Assembly: GCA_963847625.1 (NCBI GenBank)
Contig: CAWKAR010000060.1
Coordinates: forward strand, 64,001-128,000
Source of the DNA: a candidate division FCPU426 bacterium
GTDB taxonomy: Bacteria; Oederibacteriota; Muellerivitia; Muellerivitales; Muellerivitaceae
Reading direction: 5' to 3'
DNA: 64,000 bases
Shown here: positions 41,328-51,826 of the stretch, in pieces
Layout: every line of letters starts with the position of its first letter
Numbering within the stretch: the first letter of the stretch is position 1
Position numbers and translations under genes: made by a program
The notes under the pieces: model-generated
Database searches by the model: none
The model's input: the letters and a program-made list of their open reading frames with translations, nothing else
Told to the model about the DNA's origin: nothing

Positions 41328-42788
41328 TTATGCTTTTTTAAGAACCGATAAAAAACCCCCATCATGAGATCGGGTCGGCCAAAAGAGAAGACCTTCCTCG
41401 CAGGATAATATCCCAGTTTGTTCAGCAGGAACCTGTAATAACAGAGTCTTGTATTCCGGGTGATTTTTTTGGAAAGCCCGTACCACTTCCTGATTTTCCT
41501 CGTTTTCCATTGAACAAGTGCTGTAAATCAGGTTTCCCTTTGGATAAAGGTGTTCCTGGACCATATCCAGAAGTTTCAATTGATGTTGTGTCTGATCCAA
41601 TATGTCTTTTAGTTTTAACCTCCATCGCAGGTCAGCCCGTCGGGACAAAACGCCCGTACCAGTACAGGGTGCGTCCACCCAAATCAGGTCGAATTTTTGC
41701 GCTGGAGAAAGCTTTTCAGCGGGGCCCTCATGGATGACGACTTGTTTTAAGTCCACTCTTTTTAAATTTTCCGAAAGCAGCTTTAATCGGACCGAAGAGG
41801 GTTCTGTTGCTAATATTTGCCCTTTTTCGGCAACTTTCCAAGCCATGCCGATGGTCTTCCCACCTGGAGCGGCGCAGACATCCCAAACTTTGATACCGGG
41901 TGAAAGTGGGATCAACTCCAGCATAGCCTGAGGAACCCAATCCTGGATAATCCATTCCCCCTGCTGAAAACTGTTTCCCTCGAACAATCCCCCTTCATGG
42001 TCCTCCAAAATTAACGCCTGGGGTGGCCATTCAACCGAGGAAACGCTTATTTTCTTTTCCTTCAAATCGGCAATGACCTTTTCTTTGAACCCGGGTTTTG
42101 TGTGAAAATATACCAGATGAGGATGATTATCCGCCTTCAATACTTCTTCTAATTTTTCTCGGCTTAAATATTCGGCCCATTTTTTCACAAGCCACGTTGG
42201 ATGGGAATATTTCAGTGCTAGAGCGTCCAAATCGCTATCGCCTTTGATGAGAAAATTTTTCTTTTTCGTTTCAGCAGTCCGCAAAACCGCGTTCACAAAA
42301 CCGCTTAAGGTTGCTAGTCCCAGAACCTTGGCTAAATTGACGGATTCATGGACAGCGGCCCAGGCAGGTACTCGGTCCAGGAACATCAATTGGTATAAAC
42401 CCATTCGAAGCGAAACCTTAACTTCTACCGGAAGTTTAGAAAATGGAGACTGGCAGAGATTTCCCAGGTGGTAATCCAAAAGCCGCATCTGACGGGTGAC
42501 TCCGTAAACCAGTTCCCGCATCAAGGCCGTGTCCTCCGGTTTCAGTTTGCGGGGATTTTCCAAGACATCGGAGACCTTGGCACCCTTTTCAATTTTGGAA
42601 AGAGCTTTAGCGGCCTCTAAACGGGAAGGCGAGACTTCAATTTGCATCCCTCCGTGGAATCGTTGTTTACTTTTTGGTAATTTCCCCGTTGGGCCGGAAC
42701 CGTGGTGTTTCCTGATCGCAGAACTGTTTTTAGGATGTGCATATCGGCTTTTTGGCATTTCGAAAGGACGTTTAGATGGTTGGCTCAT
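41328..42788 (-). CDS. rsmB: 16S rRNA m5C967 methyltransferase
   Basis: NusB-like domain, DVCAAPGGKT, DAPCTGTG, YSTCS..EEN; adjacent to fmt. Confidence 0.93.
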   Translation of the reverse strand: MSQPSKRPFEMPKSRYAHPKNSSAIRKHHGSGPTGKLPKSKQRFHGGMQIEVSPSRLEAAKALSKIEKGAKVSDVLENPRKLKPEDTALMRELVYGVTRQMRLLDYHLGNLCQSPFSKLPVEVKVSLRMGLYQLMFLDRVPAWAAVHESVNLAKVLGLATLSGFVNAVLRTAETKKKNFLIKGDSDLDALALKYSHPTWLVKKWAEYLSREKLEEVLKADNHPHLVYFHTKPGFKEKVIADLKEKKISVSSVEWPPQALILEDHEGGLFEGNSFQQGEWIIQDWVPQAMLELIPLSPGIKVWDVCAAPGGKTIGMAWKVAEKGQILATEPSSVRLKLLSENLKRVDLKQVVIHEGPAEKLSPAQKFDLIWVDAPCTGTGVLSRRADLRWRLKLKDILDQTQHQLKLLDMVQEHLYPKGNLIYSTCSMENEENQEVVRAFQKNHPEYKTLLLQVPAEQTGILSCEEGLLFWPTRSHDGGFLSVLKKA

Positions 42789-43753
42789 GAAAGAATTTCG
42801 CCGGGTTTGAAATTAGGATGGCCCAGATTGAAATCATAAGCGCTCATTTTCTTTTTCCCTGGGGGCTGTATTTCCTTGATTAAAACCGACCCATTCCCGG
42901 GAAGCGCAGCCACACGAATACCATCCTTACTGACCGCGATAATCTCACCGGGTATTTTATTCCCTGAAAACTGATTCAACTCTCCCGCCGAATGGATTCT
43001 CAAGTTTAAGTCCTTCCATTGGGTTTCAGCAACCGGCCATGGAGAAAGCCCCCGGATTTTATTCACGATCTCCATCGATGATAAATCCCATCGAATGCGG
43101 CACTGTTCCCTCTTCAGGCTGGGGGCGTAAGTAGCTCTAGAATGATCTTGGGCAATTCTAGACGCTTTGCCGTTTTTTAAAAGAACCAATGCTTCCAGTA
43201 ACCCTTCAGCCCCCAAGGAGGCAAGGCGATCATGAACCTCCCCTGTCGTTTCATTTGATCCAATTTCGGTTTTCTTGATCAAAAGAATGTCGCCCTCATC
43301 CATTTTTTCGTTCATGTACATGATGGTGACGCCGGTTTCTTTCTCCCCCGCCATGACGGCGTAATGGATAGGGGCTGCGCCCCGGTACTTTGGAAGAATC
43401 GATCCATGGACGTTCAAACAGGCGATTCTTGGGATTTGCAGAATGGCCAACGGAAGAATCTGGCCGTAAGCGGCAACGACCGTAATGTCTGGCCCCACTG
43501 ATCGAAGGGTTTCAACGGATTCGGGAAATTTAATCTTTTCAGGTTGAAATACTTTTAACCCCAAACGTTTAGCGGTTTTTTTGACAGGTGAGGCCTTTAA
43601 TTCCAACCCCCTCCCCGCGGGACGATCCGGCTGGGTAACCACCAATGGGATTTCGTATCCCACCTTCTGGAGCGATTCAAGGACTGGTACCGCGAAATCG
43701 GATGTGCCTAAAAAAAGAATTCGTAATGGTTCTTCCATATTTGACCCTGACAA
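42785..43753 (-). CDS. fmt: Methionyl-tRNA formyltransferase
   Basis: VVTQPDRPAGRG, NVHGSILPKYRGAAPI, MDEGD. Confidence 0.97.
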   Translation of the reverse strand: MSGSNMEEPLRILFLGTSDFAVPVLESLQKVGYEIPLVVTQPDRPAGRGLELKASPVKKTAKRLGLKVFQPEKIKFPESVETLRSVGPDITVVAAYGQILPLAILQIPRIACLNVHGSILPKYRGAAPIHYAVMAGEKETGVTIMYMNEKMDEGDILLIKKTEIGSNETTGEVHDRLASLGAEGLLEALVLLKNGKASRIAQDHSRATYAPSLKREQCRIRWDLSSMEIVNKIRGLSPWPVAETQWKDLNLRIHSAGELNQFSGNKIPGEIIAVSKDGIRVAALPGNGSVLIKEIQPPGKKKMSAYDFNLGHPNFKPGEILS

Positions 43754-43854
43754 GAGAATGAACTTACCGGCAAAAAGATAATGACGATATTAAAACATGG
43801 AACTTCATTTTTTTCAGGGTTGTTTATCAAGCAAGAATGAATGGAAGGGGCTAA

Positions 43855-44397
43855 TTATAAGCGTATAGCTTCGTCGTAATTTCTTTTCAATTGATCCAGC
43901 TGTTTTTTCAGAAAAAGGCGCTTAATCGCTGGAATTTTTTGGATGAAAAGCCGCCCGTTCATATGGTCGATTTCGTGGAGAACACAACGAGCCAGAAGCC
44001 CTTCAAATTCGAATTCCTGCCAGGAACCTTCTAATCCTTGACCCTTTACTTTAACTTTTAAAGCTCTTTCCACATCTTCCCTGATATCCGGAATAGAAAG
44101 GCAACCTTCCTCGATGGTTTCAGAACCTTCCTCGGCAAGGATTTCGGGGTTAGAAAGGACAAGGGATTCACCACGTTCTTCCTGGTCAAAATGAATGTCC
44201 ATCACCATCATTCGGATGAGTTCCCCAACCTGAACTGCGGCTAAACCAATGCCGTTAGCCTGCCGCATGGTTTCCGTCATATCATCTGCCAATTTCTTTA
44301 ATGCAGGTCCAAATTCTGTTACGGGTTTGCTCATGGTTTTAAGAATGGGATTGGGATATAGCACAATGGGACGATTCAATTTTGACCTCTTTTGCAT
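43855..44397 (-). CDS. def: Peptide deformylase
   Basis: GIGLAA, EGCLS, HEIDH. Confidence 0.97.
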   Translation of the reverse strand: MQKRSKLNRPIVLYPNPILKTMSKPVTEFGPALKKLADDMTETMRQANGIGLAAVQVGELIRMMVMDIHFDQEERGESLVLSNPEILAEEGSETIEEGCLSIPDIREDVERALKVKVKGQGLEGSWQEFEFEGLLARCVLHEIDHMNGRLFIQKIPAIKRLFLKKQLDQLKRNYDEAIRL

Positions 44398-44547
44398 TTT
44401 TCTCCCAAAAATTATAGGGATATAACAATACGAAACTCAAGGGGATTACAAAAGCAATTTTGAATTTAGACGTTAAAAGTTCTGGGTTTTTGAAAAGTTG
44501 TTATTCATAACGGTTTTAATTCTCTACTATTCTTAGCTTTTAGGATC

Positions 44548-45213
44548 TTAAATAGGGTATGCCATAATCTTTTTCTTTAATTCAGAAGCCGCATTCCGAG
44601 GATTATCAGCATCGAAAATAGTTCGAACCACCGCGATCCTGCGCCCTCCAACTTCCAGAACCCCCTGGATATTGGTAAGATCGATGCCGCCAATGGCAAA
44701 AAAAGGAATAGGAGGTTTCATGGCAGCCACTTGGCGAACATATTCCAGTGTTACCGCGGGACGCCCGGCTTTGGTGGGGGTGGCAAAAACCGGGCCCACT
44801 CCTATGTAGTCGGCCCCATGGGCCAAGGCCATGCAGGCTTGGTCGGGTGCGTGTGTTGAAACCCCAACAATTTTTCCGGGCCCTAGGATTTTCCGGGCTT
44901 CCGTAACCGGCATATCCTCCTGGCCGAGATGGACACCATCCGCTTCCGAAAGCACCGCTATATCAGGCCGGTTGTTCACGATGAAGAGTGCGTTAAATTG
45001 GCGGGTAATTTCCCGGATATCACGCGCCATTTTTAGGAGCGCTGAATCCTTCAGTGAATACTCCCGCAGTTGAACGATATCCACACCCCCTTTTAAGGAT
45101 GCTTCTACGATTTTTGGAGTCGGCCTGTCATCGGGTAGATTTTGCCCAGTAACCAAGTACAATCGGGTTTTTGAAAGGATATTTTTCAATTCAGGCATGC
45201 GTCTATCTTTCAC
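44548..45213 (-). CDS. thiE: Thiamine-phosphate synthase
   Basis: VQLRE, GVHLGQED, STH, GPVFATPTK, AIGGI. Confidence 0.95.
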   Translation of the reverse strand: MKDRRMPELKNILSKTRLYLVTGQNLPDDRPTPKIVEASLKGGVDIVQLREYSLKDSALLKMARDIREITRQFNALFIVNNRPDIAVLSEADGVHLGQEDMPVTEARKILGPGKIVGVSTHAPDQACMALAHGADYIGVGPVFATPTKAGRPAVTLEYVRQVAAMKPPIPFFAIGGIDLTNIQGVLEVGGRRIAVVRTIFDADNPRNAASELKKKIMAYPI

Positions 45214-45244
45214 GAAATATTATTTTGAAACGGAAAGTGGCCGC

Positions 45245-46045
45245 CTAGAAATCTTTAGGCGCCGTGGAGGCCTGGGCGTATAACTTTTTGGGAATGCGGC
45301 CGGCGAGATAGGAAAGGCGGCCGGCTTCGCAGGCGGCTTTCATGGCAGAGGCCATCTTCAAGGGATCCTTCGCGTGGGCGATGCCAGTATTTAATAATAT
45401 CGCCACCACCCCCAACTCCATGGCCTGGGTCACGTCTGAGGCGCAGCCTACACCCGCGTCGATCAATACCGGACACTTCACCTTTTCTAAAATGATTCGG
45501 ATGTTGTTGGGATTCAAAACTCCTTGGCCCGAACCGATAGGCGATCCTGCAGGCATAACCGCATGGGCTCCGGCCTGCTCCAGCTTTTGGGCCATGACCG
45601 GGTCATCCGAGGTATAGGTCATCACCGTAAAGCCCTCTTTCACCAGGATTTGGGTCGCTTCTAGTGTCGCTATGGGGTCTGGAAGTAGGGTTTTTTCGTC
45701 AAAAAGCACCTCCAGTTTGACAAAATCTGAGATTCCCGAGGCCCTAGCCAAGTGGGCAACCCTTATCGCTTCTTCAACACTATAACAACCGGCGGTATTG
45801 GGCAGAAGGGTGTATTTCTTTAAATCTATAAAATCCAGCAGGTTTTTTTCGCCCTTTTTATCCAACGGTATCCTGCGCAAGGCCACGGTGACGATTTGGG
45901 TGCCGGATGCTTCCAGGCATTGGCCCATCAGCTCATGAGTGGTGTACTTCCCGGTTCCGATTAAAAGCCGTGAAGTAAAATTTTTACCGTTGATTTTCCA
46001 CGAATCGCGTTCTTGAACCAGTTCCATGATTCCAAACCTTTTCAT
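45245..46045 (-). CDS. thiG: Thiazole synthase
   Basis: [34 protein letters not shown]. The true start may be about 18 nt further in. Confidence 0.96.
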   Translation of the reverse strand: MKRFGIMELVQERDSWKINGKNFTSRLLIGTGKYTTHELMGQCLEASGTQIVTVALRRIPLDKKGEKNLLDFIDLKKYTLLPNTAGCYSVEEAIRVAHLARASGISDFVKLEVLFDEKTLLPDPIATLEATQILVKEGFTVMTYTSDDPVMAQKLEQAGAHAVMPAGSPIGSGQGVLNPNNIRIILEKVKCPVLIDAGVGCASDVTQAMELGVVAILLNTGIAHAKDPLKMASAMKAACEAGRLSYLAGRIPKKLYAQASTAPKDF

Positions 46046-46093
46046 TATGATTTGTGTTTAAGTTAATGAATTTGTGAAGTAAAGGCTCCAGAC

Positions 46094-46315
46094 TCATCCA
46101 CCCCCAACAAATTGTATCAATTCAACCCGATCGCCCTCTCCCAGGGTCAAAGAAGATCTTTCTTTCGGATGGATGACCTGGCGGTTGACTTCCGCCACCA
46201 GGGCCTCTTTTTTGATCCCCAATCGGTTTATCAATTCCTCTAATGTTAGGATTTCAGTAAATTCAAGGTTTTCACCGTTCACGAAAAGTTTCAAGAAATT
46301 CCTCACAGTTCCCAA
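46094..46315 (-). CDS. thiS: Sulfur carrier protein ThiS
   Basis: VNGE...EVN...GDRVELIQFVGGG C-terminus. Confidence 0.93.
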   Translation of the reverse strand: MGTVRNFLKLFVNGENLEFTEILTLEELINRLGIKKEALVAEVNRQVIHPKERSSLTLGEGDRVELIQFVGGG

Positions 46316-46387
46316 TGTTGTTATTCATCCCGGAAAGTTTTATGCCGGCTAGTTTTATATTTATCATGGGTAAAAAACAGAGAATTT

Positions 46388-46801
46388 TCAAGGCCGGCTT
46401 TTGAACGAATGAAGAGTTTCATGAAGCAGTTTTTCCAGTTCCTTTTCCTCGGCGGTGATTGGCAGGTTCAACAAGCGGTTTATTGCGAGCCGCATAAGAG
46501 GACTTCTCCTCAACTGTTTATTATGGGATAACAATTTTTCAAGGATTTTCAGTTGATGAAAAGTCAGCCGAACGGATTTTGTTTTCCCTTCAAACGGATG
46601 CTGATGTGGAAAAACCGGGACCTGGCGTGAAGGGCCCTTCAAAGCACTCGAATCTTCAATTTTTTGTACGGGATATGTTTTTTCCGGAAACGAGATTTTG
46701 ATTTGAGGATCAGTGGGCGCAGGCTGATTTTGGCCTCGCAAGGCTTCTAGTCTTTTAATTTGTTTTTCGGCTAATGTGAGTGGCTTTTCGGGTTCGTTCA
46801 A
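46388..46801 (-). CDS. Hypothetical protein, possible ribbon-helix-helix domain
   Basis: Disordered N-half, then KSVRLT...RSPLMRLAINRLL pattern. Confidence 0.55.
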   Translation of the reverse strand: MNEPEKPLTLAEKQIKRLEALRGQNQPAPTDPQIKISFPEKTYPVQKIEDSSALKGPSRQVPVFPHQHPFEGKTKSVRLTFHQLKILEKLLSHNKQLRRSPLMRLAINRLLNLPITAEEKELEKLLHETLHSFKSRP

Positions 46802-46885
46802 GGTGTATTCCTGTTAAATTTATTATTTAAATCTAAAGGTATTCTTTCCGGGAATGCGTCCCATCATTTTAGTCAATAATCGGTT

Positions 46886-47830
46886 TCATTTTCCTAAACT
46901 TTCATATCTCCGGCTGAAAACAATCCCCTGATCGGTTGTCACAAATGGCCATTTTCTCTCGAGCCACGGTCCGACGAAATAACAACATAAACCTACCCCC
47001 AAACCCGCTACGACATCAACGAAATAATGGTACCGGCCATAAATGGTCCCGATGAACAGGGCGAAAATCATAAAAAAAACAAAATAACGCCATTTTTTTA
47101 AATACGGAAAGGCCATAAAACAGATGATCGACGCCGCGATATGGGAACTGGGAAAGGAACCGCCGGGAAACGCGTTGTTTTCCATGGTCATCTGCAGCCA
47201 GTCTGAAACCCAATAACCTTTAAGGGAGTCCCGCAGTCCCGGCATAAAAAATCGGGGGCTTTCGGCTGGGAAAAAGACGAATAAAAAATAGTGGAAAAAA
47301 TATGTGAAACAAAGCGAGAACATGAAAGAACGAAAGACCGGCTTGGGGGCTTTAAGATAGATCACGAGTGTTGAAAGGGGCAGTAAAATGAAATAGAAAC
47401 TGTAGCCAACACTGAAGAATTCGTTGATCAGTTGATTAGGAGTATAAAATTGTTGAAAGTTCCAAATCGAGGTTCCAATCCGTCCGAGTTCGTAGTCCAC
47501 GCTTACAAGCCATTCATCCAGTGTCCAATCGAAAAACAGGTGAATCAAATAACCCATTTCCCTGTAAAAATAGATGATGATCACCAATGGATAAACCTGC
47601 CGGAGGAAACCGAAAATCAGCCCTGTGCTGTTCCGGAACAACCAAAGAACCGCGACGAGACAGAGGGAAAAAATAAAATGACAGCTTAATAAGCGCCATT
47701 TCAGTTCAAGGGAAATGTTGCCCGCGACAATCAAGGTTGAAAGAAGAAATTGGTAAATAAGAATCAGGGAATCAACTGAATTGATCCAAGGCTCTTCATG
47801 CCGCCCGGAATAAAACGAGTTTCGGTTCAT
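46886..47830 (-). CDS. PAP2-family membrane phosphatase/phosphotransferase
   Basis: FPAESPR, FPSSH, RYHYFVD; ATG 47830 overlaps the upstream stop (ATGA). Confidence 0.88.
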   Translation of the reverse strand: MNRNSFYSGRHEEPWINSVDSLILIYQFLLSTLIVAGNISLELKWRLLSCHFIFSLCLVAVLWLFRNSTGLIFGFLRQVYPLVIIIYFYREMGYLIHLFFDWTLDEWLVSVDYELGRIGTSIWNFQQFYTPNQLINEFFSVGYSFYFILLPLSTLVIYLKAPKPVFRSFMFSLCFTYFFHYFLFVFFPAESPRFFMPGLRDSLKGYWVSDWLQMTMENNAFPGGSFPSSHIAASIICFMAFPYLKKWRYFVFFMIFALFIGTIYGRYHYFVDVVAGLGVGLCCYFVGPWLERKWPFVTTDQGIVFSRRYESLGK

Positions 47831-50223
47831 GGTTTCAAAACCGTTGTTTGGGAAGGCAAGCCCTGTTTCGCCATTTTTGAGGTGTATAACTCCGCCACGC
47901 CGGGAGTATGGTCGGCATGGAGGATAAGACATGCGACACTGTAATAAGGCACTTCATAGTCAAGATATTGTTTTAACCCTGCTTCAACCACCACGTCGGC
48001 TTCCTCGCCGTTTAATGATATACGCGGGTGGCAATAGCGGTCCCCTTCGTTCACCAACAACAAGACCACGTTTCGGTTCTGGGGATTTTGACGCGCGAAT
48101 ACCGTGAGGTTTGCCATTTGGGTTTGCGCTGGGATGATCCTTCCGGAAAAGTGGTTCGCGATCATTTTGAGGACCCAATAAGCGGGATTCGGCCCTTTCT
48201 CTCCGATATACTCCATACCGTCGCCACCGCGCAGGCGGGTGAAAAGACCCATATTGAACCCTTCCTCCGATAGCAACGCCATTTCATTCGCCTCCCAAAG
48301 GCCCCCCCAAATGCCTTGGGGATCAATGAAATCCGGTTGTCGGTTAGTCACTCCCACGGCGCATAAATTCCCGCCGGTGACAAGAAGAGGCACGTAAACG
48401 TCCGTATTCTCGTATACGACATCCCTTAACTCCTTCAACAGGATGGGCTCCGCGCGTAACAGTGTCCCCATCAATTTAACCGTAAGATTTGAGTTGTCAG
48501 TGGCCCCGTATCGGTGGAGGGAAACCATATCGATGATATCCCCGTCATATCTTAAAAAAGGCCTCAGCCAATCCTCTTGTGGGCGGGAATATTTAAACGC
48601 TAATTCTGGGCCCAAAACGAATATGGAAGGATCCTGCAGTTTCATGGCGTTGAAATCAGCCCGGAAATCATTGATGTAATCATAGGCCGTGTAATTGTTA
48701 TAAGCAGGATTCGGGACTTTTTTTTCATATAGGTCCGGTTCGTCACCCACGGTCCAAAATTTGATGTTCAATTTTTTAAGATTACAGAATTTAACCCAAT
48801 CTGCAGCCTCATCGGGAAAACCGGCGCGAACCCCCAAGACCGGCTCGGCCCCAATGCTTCGGGCGAAAACTACGAAATCCTCAAGGACTTGGTGTTGTTG
48901 TTCAAGGGTCCCGCTTGTTGTTTCTATCCCTTCAAGCCTTAACATTTTAATACCGGAGGTTTTTATCCAATCGGCGGTAGCCTGCGTGTTTTTTTCAAAC
49001 CATTCCAGGTTCCGGGATGAAAGCGCCATTCCATAGTATGTGGGATTCGAGACCCCCTTTTTAGGAATCATATCCTCGGATAGGGGTGAAAGCAGGAGGG
49101 TGGCGGGTTTGTGTTTGGCAGGCAGGGGGCAGAGGGAACAGGCAAAACCGTTTTTTCGTGCGTAAATCACGGTCAGGTCATAAACCCGTATCCCTTCCGT
49201 ATTAAAAGACCCATTAGAGTCGGTGAGTGTTTTCTGGGTGCGCGGCCACGTCGTGATCTTTGCTCCGGCAATGGGTTTTCCCTCGGGTCCCAACACGATA
49301 CCGGTTATCTTCCGAGTCCCTAAAAAAGTGGCGCCGCTTGTGCCATCCCGGACCAATTCCGCGTTCAAGTCCTCATTTTTGCCGAAGGGAATCGAGGCTT
49401 TAGCCGGACCATTCCACTGAACCTCGGTCCAAAGAAGGGGATTCTCCCAACTATCCGGGTCCCCGGTCATGTCGAGCTGGACGCACCGATTTCCATTCAA
49501 TCCCCCTTCGTTTATCACCAGATTGATCGCAGATGTCTTTCCGGGCCCCAATTCCATCCCCTCGAAAAAGGCCCAAGGAATACCCGCCTCCAGGATATAA
49601 CCGGCTTTCGTCAAACGCGCGGTGATACGTCCCCCTTGTATTTCCCTGTCGAGATTCAGGCAATAAAGTTTGGGACTTTTGCAATCCGTTCCTGGCGATA
49701 TGGCGATGCGGTAGTCCCCGCGGGATAGTTTTTGGCGATCCTGGATACTCGCGTCCGTGGATATATAAAATTCCAAACAGTCCCCGTTCCAGAGGGACAG
49801 CCCGCTTCCCTGGTTAACGACATGGACGGAATTGGACGCGGTTGGGGAAATACCCTGGCCTGGATAGCTGCTGTTCGGGGATAAATACGGGTTTCCGCCC
49901 GGTTTTTGTATGATGGCGGCAAGATAAAGAAATTGGTCGTCATAGGTCAAGAAAATCCTGGCGCTGAAGTCATCCTCCCCCTTCCAATAAACCTTTCCCA
50001 GGGTGACTTGGGAAGGTCGGTTCAGAAGGATCATCCGCGCGGTAGGCCATTCGCTGAGATGGCCGTCAATTCGGATAGGTGAGGGGACACCTTCAACGGT
50101 CAACGGCGTGGGTTGGGTAGTTTGCGCAGGAAGAACGGTCGTAAACAAAAATCCGAGAATTAGCACGATGCCTGCCGAGAGGACTCGTCCCACTCTTTGA
50201 ATACAGGAAGTTTTTGATTTCAT
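47827..50223 (-). CDS. Secreted CBM9-like + carboxypeptidase-regulatory-like + GH clan-A-like protein
   Basis: IDGHLSEW, YDDQFLY, WNGDCLE, EAGIPW (CBM9-like); GIV..EGKPIAGA; WTVGDEPD and SLHRY (TIM barrel). Confidence 0.75.
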   Translation of the reverse strand: MKSKTSCIQRVGRVLSAGIVLILGFLFTTVLPAQTTQPTPLTVEGVPSPIRIDGHLSEWPTARMILLNRPSQVTLGKVYWKGEDDFSARIFLTYDDQFLYLAAIIQKPGGNPYLSPNSSYPGQGISPTASNSVHVVNQGSGLSLWNGDCLEFYISTDASIQDRQKLSRGDYRIAISPGTDCKSPKLYCLNLDREIQGGRITARLTKAGYILEAGIPWAFFEGMELGPGKTSAINLVINEGGLNGNRCVQLDMTGDPDSWENPLLWTEVQWNGPAKASIPFGKNEDLNAELVRDGTSGATFLGTRKITGIVLGPEGKPIAGAKITTWPRTQKTLTDSNGSFNTEGIRVYDLTVIYARKNGFACSLCPLPAKHKPATLLLSPLSEDMIPKKGVSNPTYYGMALSSRNLEWFEKNTQATADWIKTSGIKMLRLEGIETTSGTLEQQHQVLEDFVVFARSIGAEPVLGVRAGFPDEAADWVKFCNLKKLNIKFWTVGDEPDLYEKKVPNPAYNNYTAYDYINDFRADFNAMKLQDPSIFVLGPELAFKYSRPQEDWLRPFLRYDGDIIDMVSLHRYGATDNSNLTVKLMGTLLRAEPILLKELRDVVYENTDVYVPLLVTGGNLCAVGVTNRQPDFIDPQGIWGGLWEANEMALLSEEGFNMGLFTRLRGGDGMEYIGEKGPNPAYWVLKMIANHFSGRIIPAQTQMANLTVFARQNPQNRNVVLLLVNEGDRYCHPRISLNGEEADVVVEAGLKQYLDYEVPYYSVACLILHADHTPGVAELYTSKMAKQGLPSQTTVLKP

Positions 50224-50261
50224 TTAATAACCATTGCTTTTTTACATTCTACCCGTCGTTT

Positions 50262-50297
50262 AAATAAAAAGGCGAACTTCCATCGGAAAGTCCGCCC
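50262..50297 (-). terminator. Possible terminator after gltD
   Basis: Imperfect GGCG(G/A)ACTT hairpin followed by T5 on the minus strand. Confidence 0.45.
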
Positions 50298-50337
50298 CTG
50301 GCTTCATTCAAAATATTAAATGGATGATTTCGGGCCC

Positions 50338-51783
50338 TTAAAGGGGATTCGACAGGGCCGTTTCCCCCGTCAACCAAAGGTCCACTCCCCGGGCCGCGGC
50401 TCGCCCTTCAGCGATGGCCCAGACGACCAAGGATTGACCGCGGGTCATGTCTCCCGCCGTGAAAACCCCCGGAACATTCGTCATCTTGTTGGCGTCCGCC
50501 TTCACATGGGTCCGCGAGTCTTGTTCCACCCCCAGCTTCGCGAAGAAGGGGTTCTTTTCCGGGCCTAAAAAGCCCATGGCCAGGAAAACCAGGTCCGCGT
50601 CGATGGTAAACTCGCTCCCGGCGATTTCCTGCATCTTGGGGGGGGCGGAAGGCTGGGAAACCCAGTTCAATTTGACCGCATGGAGTTTTTTCACCCTGCC
50701 ATTTTCGCCCGTGAATTTTTTGGTCAAGACGCTGTAGATTCTCTCTCCGCCTTCCTCATGGGCCGGAGCGGTCCGGAATATGCGCGCCCATTGGGGCCAG
50801 GGATTGTCGAACGGCCTCTCGTTGGGGGGTTGGGGCAAAAGCTCGAAGGAAGTGACGCTTTTGGCACCCTGGCGGTGGGCGGTCCCGATGCAGTCCGCAC
50901 CCGTATCCCCGCCGCCCAGGATCACCACGTGCTTTCCCTTGGCCATAATCTGGTTCTCCACCTGGTCGCCTTCCTGGATCCGGTTGGATTGGGCCAGGTA
51001 TTCCATGGCGAAATGGACGCCCTTCAATTCCCGGCCCGGCACCTCCAGGTTGCGGGGTTGTGTCGCCCCGCAGGCAAACACGATGGCGTCGAAGCTCTTG
51101 CGCAGTTCCTCGATGGGGACGTTCACGCCGATATTGGCGTTCACTTTGAATTCCACGCCTTCCGCCTTCATTTGCTCGATCCGGCGGTTCAAATGGCGTT
51201 TTTCCATCTTGAATTCCGGGATTCCATACCTGAGAAGACCCCCGACGCGGTCATCCCGCTCGTAAAGCGTGACCTTGTGTCCCACGCGGGCCAACTGCTG
51301 GGCGCAGGCCAAACCCGCCGGTCCGGAACCCACGACGGCGACTTTCTTGCCCGTGGTTTTTTTGGGGGGGAGGGGCTTAATCCAGCCCTCGTCCCAGGCC
51401 CGGTCAATGATGGAAAGCTCGATTTGCTTGATCGTGACCGGCTGCTGGTAGACGTCCATGGCCAGCGTGCAGGAATTCTCGCAGGGGGCCGGGCAGAGCC
51501 TGCCGGTGAAATCGGGGAAATTATTGGTGGCATGGAGGCGGTCGATGGCTTCCTTCCAGCGGTCGCGGTAGACCAGGTCGTTCCAATCGGGAATGATGTT
51601 CCCCAGGGGGCAGCCCTGGTGGCAGAAAGGCACGCCGCAATCCATGCAGCGGGCCGCCTGGGTTTTCAGGTGCGTCGGCTCCGGGGCCAGCATGTATTCC
51701 TTCCAGTCCTTGACCCGTTCGGCAATCGGCCGCTTGTGGGGCAACTCCCGCCCGGCTTCCATGAATCCTGTCGGTTTTCCCAT
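50338..51783 (-). CDS. gltD: Glutamate synthase small subunit
   Basis: RCMDCGVPFC, GRLCPAPCE, GSGPAG, GGGDT, RGQSLVVWAI. Confidence 0.97.
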   Translation of the reverse strand: MGKPTGFMEAGRELPHKRPIAERVKDWKEYMLAPEPTHLKTQAARCMDCGVPFCHQGCPLGNIIPDWNDLVYRDRWKEAIDRLHATNNFPDFTGRLCPAPCENSCTLAMDVYQQPVTIKQIELSIIDRAWDEGWIKPLPPKKTTGKKVAVVGSGPAGLACAQQLARVGHKVTLYERDDRVGGLLRYGIPEFKMEKRHLNRRIEQMKAEGVEFKVNANIGVNVPIEELRKSFDAIVFACGATQPRNLEVPGRELKGVHFAMEYLAQSNRIQEGDQVENQIMAKGKHVVILGGGDTGADCIGTAHRQGAKSVTSFELLPQPPNERPFDNPWPQWARIFRTAPAHEEGGERIYSVLTKKFTGENGRVKKLHAVKLNWVSQPSAPPKMQEIAGSEFTIDADLVFLAMGFLGPEKNPFFAKLGVEQDSRTHVKADANKMTNVPGVFTAGDMTRGQSLVVWAIAEGRAAARGVDLWLTGETALSNPL

Positions 51784-51826
51784 ATTCCCTCAATGCGAAT
51801 CTTGCATGATCTATAATTTAAAATTA

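Noticed and set aside
46316..46387. TPP riboswitch before thiS
   Set aside because: No conserved CTGAGA or GCGNAGGGA-type elements were found.
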